From the NCBI GenBank assembly GCA_002269645.1, contig NIVC01000363.1:310001-374000 (forward strand): DNA of 64,000 nt, in the 5' to 3' direction. The notes below the pieces were generated by a model. That model worked only from the letters and a program-made list of their open reading frames with translations. It ran no database searches and was not told the origin of the DNA. Shown here piece by piece: positions 17,505-31,859 of this stretch. The stretch is from Macrostomum lignano (Eukaryota). A program made the position numbers and the translations under genes. Numbering within the stretch: position 1 is the first letter of the stretch; the number at the start of each line of letters is the position of its first letter.

Positions 17505-20500
17505 ACATAGAACATAATTCTCTCACTGTGTCCTTAACATAATTCTCACACTGTGTCCTTAATATAATTCTCTCACTGTGTCCTTAACCTACTTCTCTCT
17601 CTGTGTCCTTAACCTACTTCTCTCTCTGTCTCCTTAACCTACTTCTCTCTCTGTGTCCTTAACCTACTTCTCTCTCTGTCTCCTTAACATAATTCTCACA
17701 CTGTGTCCTTAACCTACTTCTCTCTCTGTCTCCTTAACATCATTCTCACACTGTGTCCTTAACCTACTTCTCTCTCTGTGTCCTTAACCTACTTCTCTCT
17801 CTGTCTCCTTAACATAATTCTCACACTGTCTCCTTAACCTACTTCTCTCTCTGTCTCCTTAACATAATTCTCACACTGTGTCCTTAACCTACTTCTCTCT
17901 CTGTGTCCTTAACATAATTCTCTCACTGTGTTCTTAACCTACTTCTCTCTCTGTGTCCTTAACCTACTTCTCTCTCTGTGTCCTTAACCTACTTCTCTCA
18001 CTGTGTCCTTAACCTACTTCTCTCACTGTGTCCTTAACCTACTTCTCTCACTGTGTCCTTAACATAATTCTCACACTGTGTCCTTAATATAATTCTCACT
18101 CTGTGTCCTTAACATAATTCTCTCACTGTGTCCTTAACATACTTCTCTCACTGTGTCCTTAACATAATTCTCACACTGTGTCCTTAACCTACTTCTCTCT
18201 CTGTGTCCTTAACCTACTTCTCTCTCTGTGTCCTTAACCTACTTCTCTCTCTGTCTCCTTAACCTACTTCTCTCTCTGTGTCCTTAACCTACTTCTCTCT
18301 CTGTCTCCTTAACATAATTCTCACACTGTGTCCTTAACCTACTTCTCTCTCTGTGTCCTTAACCTACTTCTCTCTCTGTCTCCTTAACATAATTCTCACA
18401 CTGTCTCCTTAACCTACTTCTCTCTCTGTCTCCTTAACATAATTCTCACACTGTGTCCTTAACCTACTTCTCTCTCTGTCTCCTTAACATAATTCTCACA
18501 CTGTGTCCTTAACCTACTTCTCTCTCTGTGTCCTTAACCTACTTCTCTCTCTGTCTCCTTAACATAATTCTCACACTGTCTCCTTAACCTACTTCTCTCT
18601 CTGTCTCCTTAACATAATTCTCACACTGTGTCCTTAACCTACTTCTCTCTCTGTGTCCTTAACATAATTCTCTCACTGTGTTCTTAACCTACTTCTCTCT
18701 CTGTGTCCTTAACCTACTTCTCTCTCTGTGTCCTTAACCTACTTCTCTCACTGTGTCCTTAACCTACTTCTCTCACTGTGTCCTTAACCTACTTCTCTCA
18801 CTGTGTCCTTAACATAATTCTCACACTGTGTCCTTAATATAATTCTCACTCTGTGTCCTTAACATAATTCTCTCACTGTGTCCTTAACATACTTCTCTCA
18901 CTGTGTCCTTAACATAATTCTCACACTGTGTCCTTAATATAATTCTCACACTGTGTCCTTAACATAATTCTCACACTGTGTCCTTAATATAATTCTCACA
19001 CTGTGTCCTTAACATAATTCTCTCACTGTGTCCTTAACCTAATTCTCACACTGTGTCCTTAACATAATTCTCTCACTGTGTCCTTAACATACTTCTCTCA
19101 CTGTGTCCTTAACATAATTCTCACACTGTGTCCTTAATATAATTCTCACACTGTGTCCTTAACATAATTCTCACACTGTGTCCTTAATATAATTCTCACA
19201 CTGTGTCCTTAACATAATTCTCTCACTGTGTCCTTAACCTAATTCTCACACTGTGTCCTTAACATAATTCTCACACTGTGTCCTTAACATAATTCTCACA
19301 CTGTGTCCTTAACATAATTCTCACACTGTGTCCTTAACATAATTCTCACACTGTGTCCTTAACATAATTCTCACACTGTGTCCTTAACATAATTCTCTCA
19401 CTGTGTCCTTAACATAATTCTCTCACTGTGTCCTTAACATAATTCTCACACTGTGTCCTTAACATAATTCTCTCACTGTGTCCTTAACATAATTCTCTCA
19501 CTGTGTCCTTAACATAATTCTCTCACTGTGTCCTTAACATAATTCTCACACTGTGTCCTTAACATAATTCTCTCACTGTGTCCTTAACATAATTCTCACA
19601 CTGTGTCCTTAACATAATTCTCTCACTGTGTCCTTAACATAATTCTCACACTGTGTCCTTAACATAATTCTCACACTGTGTCCTTAACATAATTCTCACA
19701 CTGTGTCCTTAACATAATTCTCTCACTGTGTCCTTAACATAATTCTCACACTGTGTCCTTAACATAATTCTCTCACTGTGTCCTTAACATAATTCTCTCA
19801 CTGTGTCCTTAACATAATTCTCACACTGTGTCCTTAACATAATTCTCTCACTGTGTCCTTAACATAATTCTCTCACTGTGTCCTTAACATAATTCTCTCA
19901 CTGTGTCCTTAACATAATTCTCACACTGTGTCCTTAACATAATTCTCTCACTGTGTCCTTAACATAATTCTCTCACTGTGTCCTTAACATAATTCTCTCA
20001 CTGTGTCCTTAACATAATTCTCACACTGTGTCCTTAACATAATTCTCTCACTGTGTCCTTAACATAATTCTCACACTGTGTCCTTAACATAATTTTCTCA
20101 CTGTGTCCTTAACATAATTCTCACACTGTGTCCTTAACATAATTCTCTCACTGTGTCTTTAACATAATTCTCACACTGTGTCCTTAACATAATTCTCTCA
20201 CTGTGTCCTTAACATAATTCTCTCACTGTGTCCTTAACATAATTCTCACACTGTGTCCTTAACATAATTCTCTCACTGTGTCCTTAACATAATTCTCACA
20301 CTGTGTCCTTAACATAATTCTCACACTGTGTCCTTAACATAATTCTCTCACTGTGTCCTTAACATAATTCTCTCACTGTGTCCTTAACATAATTCTCTCA
20401 CTGTGTCCTTAACATAATTCTCACACTGTGTCCTTAACATAATTCTCACTCTGTGTCCTTAACATAATTCTCTCACTGTGTCCTGAACCTACTTCTCTCA

Positions 20501-22100
20501 CTGTGTCCTTAACATAATTCTCTCACTGTGTCCTTAACCTACTTCTCTCACTGTGTCCTTAACCTACTTCTCTCACTGTGTCCTTAACCTACTTCTCTCA
20601 CTGTGTCCTTAACCTACTTCTCTCACTTTGTCCTTAACATAATTCTCTCACTGTGTCCTTAACCTACTTCTCTCACTGTGTCCTTAACCTACTTCTCTCA
20701 CTGTGTCCTTAACTTACTTCTCTCACTGTGTCCTTAACCTACTTCTCTCACTGTGTCTTTAACCTACTTCTCTCACTGTGTCCTTAACCTACTTCTCTCA
20801 CTGTGTCTTTAACCTAATTCTCTCACTGTGTCCTTAACCTACTTCTCTCACTGTGTCCTTAACCTACTTCTCTCACTGTGTCCTTAACATAATTCTCACA
20901 CTGTGTCCTTAATATAATTCTCACACTGTGTCCTTAACATAATTGTCACACTGTGTCCTTAACATAATTCTCACACTGTGTCCTTAACATAATTGTCACA
21001 CTGTGTCCTTAACATAATTCTCACACTGTGTCCTTAACCTAATTCTCACACTGTGTCCTTAACATAATTCTCTCACTGTGTCCTTAACATAATTCTCTCA
21101 CTGTGTCCTTAACCTACTTCTCTCACTGTGTCCTTAACCTACTTCTCTCACTGTGTCCTTAACCTACTTCTCTCACTGTGTCCTTAACCTACTTCTCTCA
21201 CTTTGTCCTTAACATAATTCTCTCACTGTGTCCTTAACCTACTTCTCTCACTGTGTCCTTAACCTACTTCTCTCACTGTGTCCTTAACTTACTTCTCTCA
21301 CTGTGTCCTTAACCTACTTCTCTCACTGTGTCTTTAACCTACTTCTCTCACTGTGTCCTTAACCTACTTCTCTCACTGTGTCTTTAACCTACTTCTCTCA
21401 CTGTGTCCTTAACCTACTTCTCTCACTGTGTCCTTAACCTACTTCTCTCACTGTGTCCTTAACATAATTCTCACACTGTGTCCTTAATATAATTCTCACA
21501 CTGTGTCCTTAACATAATTGTCACACTGTGTCCTTAACATAATTCTCACACTGTGTCCTTAACCTACTTCTCTCACTGTGTCCTTAACCTACTTCTCTCA
21601 CTGTGTCTTTAACCTACTTCTCTCACTGTGTCCTTAACCTACTTCTCTCACTGTGTCCTTAACCTACTTCTCTCACTGTGTCCTTAACATAATTCTCTCA
21701 CTGTGTCCTTAACCTACTTCTCTCACTGTGTCCTTAACCTACTTCTCTCACTGTGTCCTTAACCTACTTCTCTCACTGTGTCCTTAACATAATTCTCTCA
21801 CTGTGTCCTTAACCTACTTCTCTCACTGTGTCCTTAACCTACTTCTCTCACTGTGTCCTTAACATAATTCTCTCACTGTGTCCTTAACCTACTTCTCTCA
21901 CTGTGTCCTTAACCTACTTCTCTCACTGTGTCCTTAACCTACTTCTCTCACTGTGTCCTTAACCTACTTCTCTCACTGTGTCCTTAACATAATTCTCTCA
22001 CTGTGTCCTTAACCTACTTCTCTCACTGTGTCCTTAACATAATTCTCTCACTGTGTCCTTAACCTACTTCTCTCAATCTGTCCTTAACCTACTTCTCTCC
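17505..22100. repeat. 25-bp satellite (CTGTGTCCTTAACATAATTCTCTCA and variants), ~180 copies, with higher-order duplications
   Basis: Seen directly. Rare variants recur at 750-bp and 575-bp offsets. Confidence 0.98.
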
Positions 22101-22480
22101 CTGTCTCCAATCTACTGTCGCAGTGGGTTTGCAGTATCAGCAGCCCTCAGTTTGCCTTATCTTGTGCCTGCAGCTGAGTTGAGCATTGAGAAAGAGTTGC
22201 TACACTGTTCCAGATTTCGATCTTTAGGTCTCCTTGGTGTATCAAAGGGGAAGTCTCCCCCTCCTTAGTCCTTTATCCCTGAGGCAAAATCTGTCTACAA
22301 GAGCTCGCCTCCCATTGGTTAGAATGGGGAGCGAGAGCAGACACAGTGTTGAGTTGGATGTTAAGTTTAAACTGCCAGAAAGGGATTGGGCTATATCTGC
22401 TCCTCTGAGCACGGGCCTATTCAAATTCTGAGTCTGCTGTGTCTCCGCCCGCCAGCCTTTCTTCGTTCACGAAGTGTCTT

Positions 22481-25400
22481 ATGCCGGATGGCGGATCAGC
22501 AAGCCGGAGATTCGCCGAGGATCCCAACCGAAGCCCCTGGTCGCTGAGTCGGCGACTCAGACTCAGGGCCGAGTTCGAGCTGGGAGAAGATCAGGCCACG
22601 CTGAGCATGAAGTGTGCAGCCGTGCGGAGGCTGCTGAAATTCTGCTGCGAGGATGACATCGGTTTGGCCTTTGTGGGGACTGTGTCAGACCTATGTGTAT
22701 ATTAAACTGGCTATTTGGCTTGAATTGGCCTAGATAAATCGAAGAGGAACACTTTACAGTTCGGGTGGCTGCAAGTCGGGCTATGGAAGGTTTAAAAATC
22801 GAGGAGGCAAAGGGAGAAGGGAGAGAAGAGAGATGAGACGGGAGAGGGGAGAGATGAGAGGGGAGAGGTGAGAGATGAGAGGGGAGAGGGGAGAGGGGGA
22901 AAAGGGAGATATGAGAGATGAGAGGGGGAGAGGGGAGAGATGAGAGATGAGAGGGGAGAGGGGAGAGGGGGAAAAGGGAGATATGAGAGAAGAGAGGGGG
23001 GAGGGGAGAGGGAAGAGGTGGGAGAGCGAGAGATGAGAGATGAGAGGGGGGAGGGGAGAGGGAAGAGGTGGGAGAGGGAGAGATGAGAGATGAGAGGGGT
23101 GAGGGGAGAGGGAAGAGGTGAGAGAGGGAGATATGAGAGATGAGAGGGGGAGGGGAGAGGGAAGAGGTGAGAGAGGGGGAGAAGGGAGAGGGGGAGAAGG
23201 GAGAGGGGGAGAAGGGAGAGGGGGAGAAGGAAGAGGGGGAAGGGAGAGATGAGAGGGGGAGAGGGGAGAGGAGAGGGGGAGAGGGGAGAGGGGGGAGAGG
23301 GGAGAGATAAGAAATGAGAGGGGAAAGGGGGAGAGGAGAGAAATGAGAGATGAGAAGGGGAGAGGAGATAGGGGTCAAAGGAGACCAGGACAAGGTGGTT
23401 CAAATCGCTCAGGCAGTTTCATATTTCAATCATAATCGCCTCAAGTCAGCCAAATTGCACAGCAGGGTGAGCAGCCACACAGACAGACCGGCAGTTCCTC
23501 CCTGTCCCCGCCGCCCGCAGAGCCGCAGCGCAGCGACTCAGCCTTCCTGCTGCGTTTCCTTCGGGCCCGCAAGTTCGACGTTGAATCCGCCGCGGAGCTG
23601 TGCGCCAGCTACTTCCGCTTTCGCCGCAGCCACGGCGCCGGCCTGCTGGCCAACTTCAACTGTGGCGAGCCGGGCGTGGCTGCCGCCCTCGGCGACTGCC
23701 TGCCCACGGTGCTGGAGGCTCGGGATCATCAGCGCAGGCCGATGATCTTGCTGCGACCGACTACCATGACGACGACGACGAAATCCGATGTCGGAGAGGT
23801 GAGGCGCTGCTCGACGGACTCGGCGGTCCGAGCCACTCTGCTCACCCTGGAGAAGCTCGTCGAATCGGACGAGGTGCAAATCGCTGGCGTGGTGATCATC
23901 GTGGACTGCGCAGGGCTGACTGCCGCAGGAGACGCCGCTCGGTGGGCTGGGGCTGTCAGGACCCTGGCGCACTGCCTGGAGGTGAGCGGCCGCGGTAGCT
24001 CATTGTGCTCGGGTGGGGACTCAGACTCCTGCTTAATGTCTCCTTAGCCTTCTCCTCTGTCTACCACTTCTCTGTGTCTCCAACCTACTTCTCTCCGTGT
24101 CTCCAACCTACTTCTCTCCGTGTCTCCAACCTACTTCTCTCCGTGTCTCCAACCTACTTCTCTCCGTGTCTCCAACCTACTTCTCTCTGTGTCTCCAACC
24201 TAATTCTCTCCGTGTCTCCAACCTACTTCTCTCCGTGTCTCCAACCTACTTCTCTCCGTGTCTCCAACCTACTTCTCTCCGTGTCTCCAACCTACTTCTC
24301 TCCGTGTCTCCAATCTACTTCTCTCCCTGTCTCCAAGCTACTTCTCTCCCTGTCTCCAACCTACTTCTCTCCGTGTCCCCAACCAACTTCTCTCCGTGTC
24401 TCCAACCTACTTCTCTCCGTGTCTCCAACCTACTTCTCTCCGTGTCTCCAACCTACTTCTCTCCGTGTCCCCAACCAACTTATCTCCTCTGTCTACCACT
24501 TCTCTCTGTGTCTCCAACCTACTTCTCTACCTGTCTTCAACCTACTTCTCTCCTCTGTCTACCACTTCTCTCCGTGTCTCCAACCTACTTCTCTCCGTGT
24601 CTCCAACCTACTTCTCTCCGTGTCTCCAACCTACTTCTCTCCGTGTCTCCAACCTACTTCTCTCCGTGTCTCCAACCTACTTCTCTCCCTGTCTCCAAGC
24701 TACTTCTCTCCCTGTCTCCAAGCTACTTCTCTCTGTGTCTCCAACCTACTTCTCTCCGTGTCTCCAACCTACTTCTCTCCCTGTCTCCAACCTATTTCTC
24801 TGTCCCCAAACTTACTTCTCCTTATCGTCCCCAACCTACTTCTCTGTCCCCAACCTGATTTTCTCTTTGTCTCCTTAACCTACTTCTCTCTTTACCCAAT
24901 CTACTCATTTACTACCTATAGACAGTCTAAACTGCATATCCAACTACCCCTCCTCTCTCCCCTCTTCTATCTCCTCTTCTCTCTCCTCTTTGCTCCCTAC
25001 TTCTTATCTTCTCTTGTCGCTTCTCCTCTCCTCTCATCTCTTATCTTATATATATTCTTTCATCTCTCCCCTTTTCTCTCTCATCCGGCCCGCAGCTAGA
25101 AGTGAAAATCACCGACCCTTGAAAAATGTATAATTTAAAGTCTATATTGCGATCTAGTAGTCCTTGTACTGAACTGGGAGTAGAAAGCAGTCTCAGTATT
25201 TTATATATGCTGCCTTGGTAACCCAGTAACTGCATGCATGCTTGCTTAAGAATTGAAAACCCCCAGACATGATTAAAAACTTATGTTATGTTGGAAATGA
25301 AATTCCTGATAGACTCAGTCAAGCGATTTTCATCCCATCCCCCTGGGCACTGCTCATGCACCCATGGGCCTGTCTGAATAATTCACCAACATTTTACGGA

Positions 25401-28400
25401 CGAATGCTTGCTTATATTTCTACTGTGTTCTGCATGCATTCGCATTGTAGGCATAGATAGCTGGGAATGTGTTAAAATTGTGTATTTCGAAGACTGAAAA
25501 TCACACATGCTGGACATTTCGCCTCTTTTGGGGGATTGATTACTGAGGATTTGCTTTCTCCGCTGTCTGCCAACACGGGTTTTCCTCTTCTCCTTCACTG
25601 CACATTGCTCTGCACCTAGCTATCCCAGTCTCCCATTCAATCTCCCTCTCCCTGTCTTCGTCTCCCTGTCTCCCTCTATCTGCCTCCCTCTATCTGTCTA
25701 CCTTTATCTGTTTCTCTCTCTCTGTCTCCCTCTATCTGCCTCCCTCTATCTGTCTACCTTTATCTGTCTACCTCTATCTGTCTCCCTCTATCTGTCTACC
25801 TCTATCTGTCTCCCTCTATCTGTCTCCCTCTATCTGTCTACCTTTATCTGTCTACCTCCATCTGTCTCCTTCTATCTGTCTACCTCTATCTGTCTCCCTC
25901 TATCTGTCTCCCTCTATCTGTCTCCCTCTATCTGTCTACCTCTATCTGTCTCCCTCTATCTGTCTACCTCTATCTGTCTCCCTCTATCTGTCTCCCTCTA
26001 TCTGTCTACCTTTATCTGTCTACCTCTATCTGTCTCCCTCTATCTGTCTACCTCTATCTGTTTCTCTCTCTCTGTCTCCCTCTATCTGCCTCCCTCTATC
26101 TGTCTACCTTTATCTGTCTACCTCTATCTGTCTCCCTCTATCTGTCTACCTCTATCTGTCTCCCTCTATCTGTCTCCCTCTATCTGTCTACCTTTATCTG
26201 TCTACCTCCATCTGTCTCCTTCTATCTGTCTACCTCTATCTGTCTCCCTCTATCTGTCTCCCTCTATCTGTCTCCCTCTATCTGTCTACCTCTATCTGTC
26301 TCCCTCTATCTGTCTACCTCTATCTGTCTCCCTCTATCTGTCTCCCTCTATCTGTCTACCTTTATCTGTCTACCTCTATCTGTCTCCCTCTATCTGTCTA
26401 CCTCTATCTGTCTCCCTCTATCTGCCTCCCTCTATCTGTCTACCTTTATCTGTCTACCTCTATCTGTCTCCCTCTATCTGTCTACCTCTATCTGTCTCCC
26501 TCTATCTGTCTCCCTCTATCTGTCTACCTTTATCTGTCTACCTCTATCTGTCTCCCTCTATCTGTCTACCTCTATCCGTCTCCCTCTATCTGTCTTCCTC
26601 TATCTGTCTACCTCTATCTGTCTACCTCTATCTGTCTCCCTCTATCTATCTCCCCCTATCTGTCTCTCTCTCCCTGTCTCATTCTGTATGTCTCCATCTC
26701 TCTGTCTCACTCTCTCTGTCTCCCTCTATCTACCTCCCTCTATCTGTCTCCCTCTATCTGTCTACCTTTATCTGTCTACCTCTATCTGTCTCCCTCTATC
26801 TGTCTACCTTTATCTGTCTACCTCTATCTGTCTCCCTCTATCTGTCTACCTCTATCTGTCTCCCTCTATCTGTCTCCCTCTATCTGTCTACCTCTATCTG
26901 TCTACCTCTATCTGTCTCCCTCTATCTGTCTCCCTCTCTCTGTCTCCCTCTATCTATCTCCCTCTATCTGTCTCCCCCTATCTTTCTCCCTCTATCTGTC
27001 TCCCTCTATCTGTCTCCCACTCTCTGTTTCCCTCTCACCGTTCACCTTCTCTGTCTCCCCCTCTCGTCTTCCATCTCCCTATTTCCCTCTCCCAATCTAC
27101 ATGCATCAATGTCTCAGTTTTGTCTCCGTGGCCCTTCTCAGACAGCCCTACATAGATTCATTAAAATCCAGGAAAAGCATCTCTGTCAAAGCTGCATTAT
27201 TTTGAAATCCATTAACAGAATCCGGACAAAATGAAAAGTTCAACATATGAAGTGACCGAACTATCTGCTTGAAATACACATGCTTATTGCTAGAATATTA
27301 GCAACTTTTATATTAACCAATCAATTAAATAATCATCGTGTCTTTAAACAGCACTGCTTTCCAATTGTGGTGCATCAAGTTCACGTCCTGAACGAGCCCT
27401 GGATTTTGCACGCGGCCCTCAGAATCTGCAGACCTTTCAATAAACTGGCCAGGAAGGTGAGTGCATGTTTAAATATATGTTTGGGGGAATGATCATGTAC
27501 ATTTAGCACCTCTCGCCCTCCGATCTCTCTCCTTCTCTACCGATCTCTCCTTCTCTACCGATCTCTCCTTCTCTACCGATCTCTCCTTCTCTACCGCTAT
27601 CTCCTTCTCTACCGCTCTCTCCTTCTCTACCGATCTCTCCTTCTCTACCGATCTCTCCTTCTCTACCGCTATCTCCTTCTCTACCGCTCTCTCCTTCTCT
27701 ACCGCTCTCTCCTTCTCTACCGATCTCTCCTTCTCTACCGCTCTCTCCTTCTCTACCGATCTCTCCTTCTCTACCGCTCTCTCCTTCTCTACCGCTCTCT
27801 CCTTCTCTACCGATCTCTCCTTCTCTACCGCTCTCTCCTTCTCTACCGCTCTCTCCTTCTCTACCGATCTCTCCTTCTCTACCGATCTCTCCTTCTCTAC
27901 CGATCTCTCTCCTTCTCTACCGCTCTCTCCTTCTCTACCGATCTCTCCTTCTCTACCGCTCTCTCTCCTTCTCTACCGCTCTCTCCTTCTCTACCGCTCT
28001 CTCCTTCTCTACCGCTCTCTCCTTCTCTACCGATCTCTCTCCTTCTCTACCGCTCTCTCCTTCTCTACCGCTCTCTCCTTCTCTACCGATCTCTCCTTCT
28101 CTACCGATCTCTCCTTCTCTACCGATCTCTCCTTCTCTACCGCTCTCTCCTTCTCTACCGATCTCTCTCTCCTTCTCTACCGATCTCTCTCTCCTTCTCT
28201 ACCGCTCTCTCCTTCTCTACCGATCTCTCTCCTTCTCTACCGCTCTCTCCTTCTCTACCGATCTCTCTCTCCTTCTCTACCGATCTCTCTCTCCTTCTCT
28301 ACCGCTCTCTCCTTCTCTACCGATCTCTCCTTCTCTACCGCTCTCTCCTTCTCTACCGCTCTCTCCTTCTCTACCGATCTCTCCTTCTCTACCGATCTCT

Positions 28401-30120
28401 CCTTCTCTACCGATCTCTCCTTCTCTACCGCTCTCTCCTTCTCTACCGATCTCTCTCTCCTTCTCTACCGATCTCTCTCTCCTTCTCTACCGCTCTCTCC
28501 TTCTCTACCGATCTCTCTCCTTCTCTACCGCTCTCTCCTTCTCTACCGATCTCTCTCTCCTTCTCTACCGATCTCTCTCTCCTTCTCTACCGCTCTCTCC
28601 TTCTCTACCGATCTCTCCTTCTCTACCGATCTCTCTCCTTCTCTACCGATCTCTCTCCTTCTCTACCGCTCTCTCCTTCTCTACCGCTCTCTCCTTCTCT
28701 ACTGATCTCTCCTTCTCTACTGATCTCTCCTTCTCTACCGATCTCTCTCCTTCTCTACCGCTCTCTCCTTCTCTACCGATCTCTCCTTCTCTACCGCTCT
28801 CTCTCCTTCTCTACCGCTCTCTCCTTCTCTACCGCTCTCTCCTTCTCTACCGCTCTCTCCTTCTCTACCGATCTCTCTCTCCTTCTCTACCGCTCTCTCC
28901 TTCTCTACCGATCTCTCTCCTTCTCTACCGCTCTCTCCTTCTCTACCGATCTCTCTCTCCTTCTCTACCGATCTCTCTCTCCTTCTCTACCGCTCTCTCC
29001 TTCTCTACCGCTATCTCCTTCTCTACCGCTCTCTCCTTCTCTACCGCTCTCTCCTTCTCTACCGATCTCTCCTTCTCTACCGATCTCTCCTTCTCTACCG
29101 ATCTCTCCTTCTCTACCGCTCTCTCCTTCTCTACCGATCTCTCTCTCCTTCTCTACCGATCTCTCTCTCCTTCTCTACCGCTCTCTCCTTCTCTACCGAT
29201 CTCTCTCCTTCTCTACCGCTCTCTCCTTCTCTACCGATCTCTCTCTCCTTCTCTACCGATCTCTCTCTCCTTCTCTACCGCTCTCTCCTTCTCTACCGAT
29301 CTCTCCTTCTCTACCGATCTCTCTCCTTCTCTACCGATCTCTCTCCTTCTCTACCGCTCTCTCCTTCTCTACCGCTCTCTCCTTCTCTACTGATCTCTCC
29401 TTCTCTACTGATCTCTCCTTCTCTACCGATCTCTCTCCTTCTCTACCGCTCTCTCCTTCTCTACCGATCTCTCCTTCTCTACCGCTCTCTCTCCTTCTCT
29501 ACCGCTCTCTCCTTCTCTACCGCTCTCTCCTTCTCTACCGCTCTCTCCTTCTCTACCGATCTCTCCTTCTCTACCGATCTCTCCTTCTCTACCGATCTCT
29601 CCTCTACCGCTATCTCCTTCTCTACCGCTCTCTCTCCTTCTCTACCGATCTCTCCTTCTCTACCGATCTCTTTCCTTCTCTACCGATTTCTCTCATTCTC
29701 TACCGATCTCTCTCCTTCTCTACCGATCTCTCCTTCTCTACCGATCTCTCTCATTATCTACTGATCTGTCTCCTTCCCTACATGTACCTCTTCGACCTAC
29801 ATGTCACCCCTCTCTTCCTCCAGGTCAGCCTTCACGGCAACAACCTATCCAGCTTCCACCGGCACCTCTCGCCCTCTCTACTGCCGTCTGAGCTGGGTGG
29901 GCGGCTGCCACCGCATGATCCCCGGCCCTGGCTGGCCAGAATGACCGGCAAACTGGGGCCATCATCTAGCGTGAGCTGCGGGTACATCGCGGACTTGACT
30001 GCGGCAGACGCATCAGACAATCAGGCTGCTTCAAGTTCTGCTGCCGATCTGTGGTTTTCTGCTTTTGGCGAGGAGCAAATATTCTGGCCATCTGATCGGG
30101 AATACAGGAGCTTTGGGTGA
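22481..30120 (+). CDS. Clavesin / retinaldehyde-binding-protein-like CRAL-TRIO lipid-binding protein
   Basis: Exons ~22481-22670 ([10 protein letters not shown]), ~23487/23521-23981 ([16 protein letters not shown]...GVVIIVD), 27352-27456 ([15 protein letters not shown]) and 29824-30120 ([29 protein letters not shown]). The first junction is uncertain; the others are phase 0 GT-AG. Confidence 0.88.
22800..23370. repeat. Purine-rich (GA/GGA) low-complexity intronic tract
   Basis: Seen directly in the sequence. Confidence 0.9.
24050..24890. repeat. 23-bp intronic minisatellite (TGTCTCCAACCTACTTCTCTCCG)
   Basis: Seen directly. Related in sequence to the 25-bp satellite. Confidence 0.95.
25640..27010. 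repeat. 14-bp intronic array (CTCTATCTGTCTCC / CTCTATCTGTCTAC) with a 350-bp higher-order duplication
   Basis: Variants at 25711 and 25851 recur at 26061 and 26201. Confidence 0.93.
27530..29770. repeat. ~18-bp intronic array (CCTTCTCTACCGATCTCT) with variable CT number, ~2.2 kb
   Basis: Seen directly in the sequence. Confidence 0.96.
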
Positions 30121-30144
30121 GATATCTGACTGACTGGCATACAC

Positions 30145-30600
<456 letters not shown>

Positions 30601-31859
30601 CTGCACCCTGAACCCGCAGCAAGTCGGTCTCCATGCCAGCGGGAATTCTGAGCAACAGAGCCAGCCGAGTTACACTGGACGAGAAGCTGTTTCTCGAATC
30701 CTAGAACAGCGCAGCGCACCGCGTCGCGCAGAATCATCATAAGCTAGCAACATGATATGATGGACTTAATGTACATGTACTTTAGCCCTCTGCACACAAA
30801 CACTGACTGCATTGCCTCAAACCGTTAATCAATCTGTAAAGTTTTTATTTTGCATTGTACATGTCACGCAAAGGAAAGCTAGGAAAAAAAATCAAGTTTA
30901 AAGTGTACTTTCCTGATCAGTACCGTACAAGCCATAAACTGGGAGTCATTGAAACTGATTTGTGTATTCATTTTTGTTATTCAAATTCTGCATAGTGACA
31001 TGATTTTCAATCGAATCATTGACTTTGAAATTCGATGAAGAAACTTGGATTAACTAGCTATTAATGAGAAAAGGAATACAGAACGCCTTGATGCCAAAAG
31101 AAAATATCAAATGTAAAGCCAAAAAAACTTGCACGGACCGGGGCTAATATGGTTAAACACAGTGCCCAGCAGAGAGAGAGAGAGATAAAACATGAATAAA
31201 TAAGCCACCATGACCAGCCACTTCATTTTGCACGTTTGTTGCGCAATCAATTTTTTGAGAAGCAAAAAAGTCTAGCAACTTTCGAAACTTGCCTACTAAT
31301 TATGCCTGGTAAGAGTAGTATGAATCGGGAAGGACTATAGTTTAATTTTTGTTGCATAAAAATTTAAAGAATTGATCTTCTAGCGATGGCAAGCTCTTAC
31401 GAATTAGTGCCAGTTATATAAGCATATAGTACTACTAATACTAGTATAAATATGCATTTTCTACGCTCGTATGTAAAATGCGAAAATGTTTACAAACATG
31501 ATCATGACGGCAAAAAACCGGATTAAAACAACTGCGACACCTAGTCTTTGAAAGTTTGTTAAACGCCAGGGGAAAAAGCCTTGCTTTGATTTCGTCGGGT
31601 CAGACGAGCCAAGTCAAGCCGGGGAGAAAAGTTCAAACTTTCTCGATTATTGTACGATTACAGTAAGTACATGTAGGTCGAGTACAAGCACAGCAGTATG
31701 CAGCTAGAGTACAAATTGGAAAATAAAAGTCTAGGCGTCGAGGGCCCAACAAAAAGGGGTGGGGACTCTAGAAATAGATCCCTATCCTAGATCCCAATAA
31801 TCCGTAATGATATGTTACATTTATTTTAGTGTAGATACACAATCCTAGATCCTAAATCT

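Noticed and set aside
16122-22100. Regular arrays that superficially resemble CRISPR
   Set aside because: The units are head-to-tail with no unique spacers, no cas genes are present, and the context is eukaryotic.
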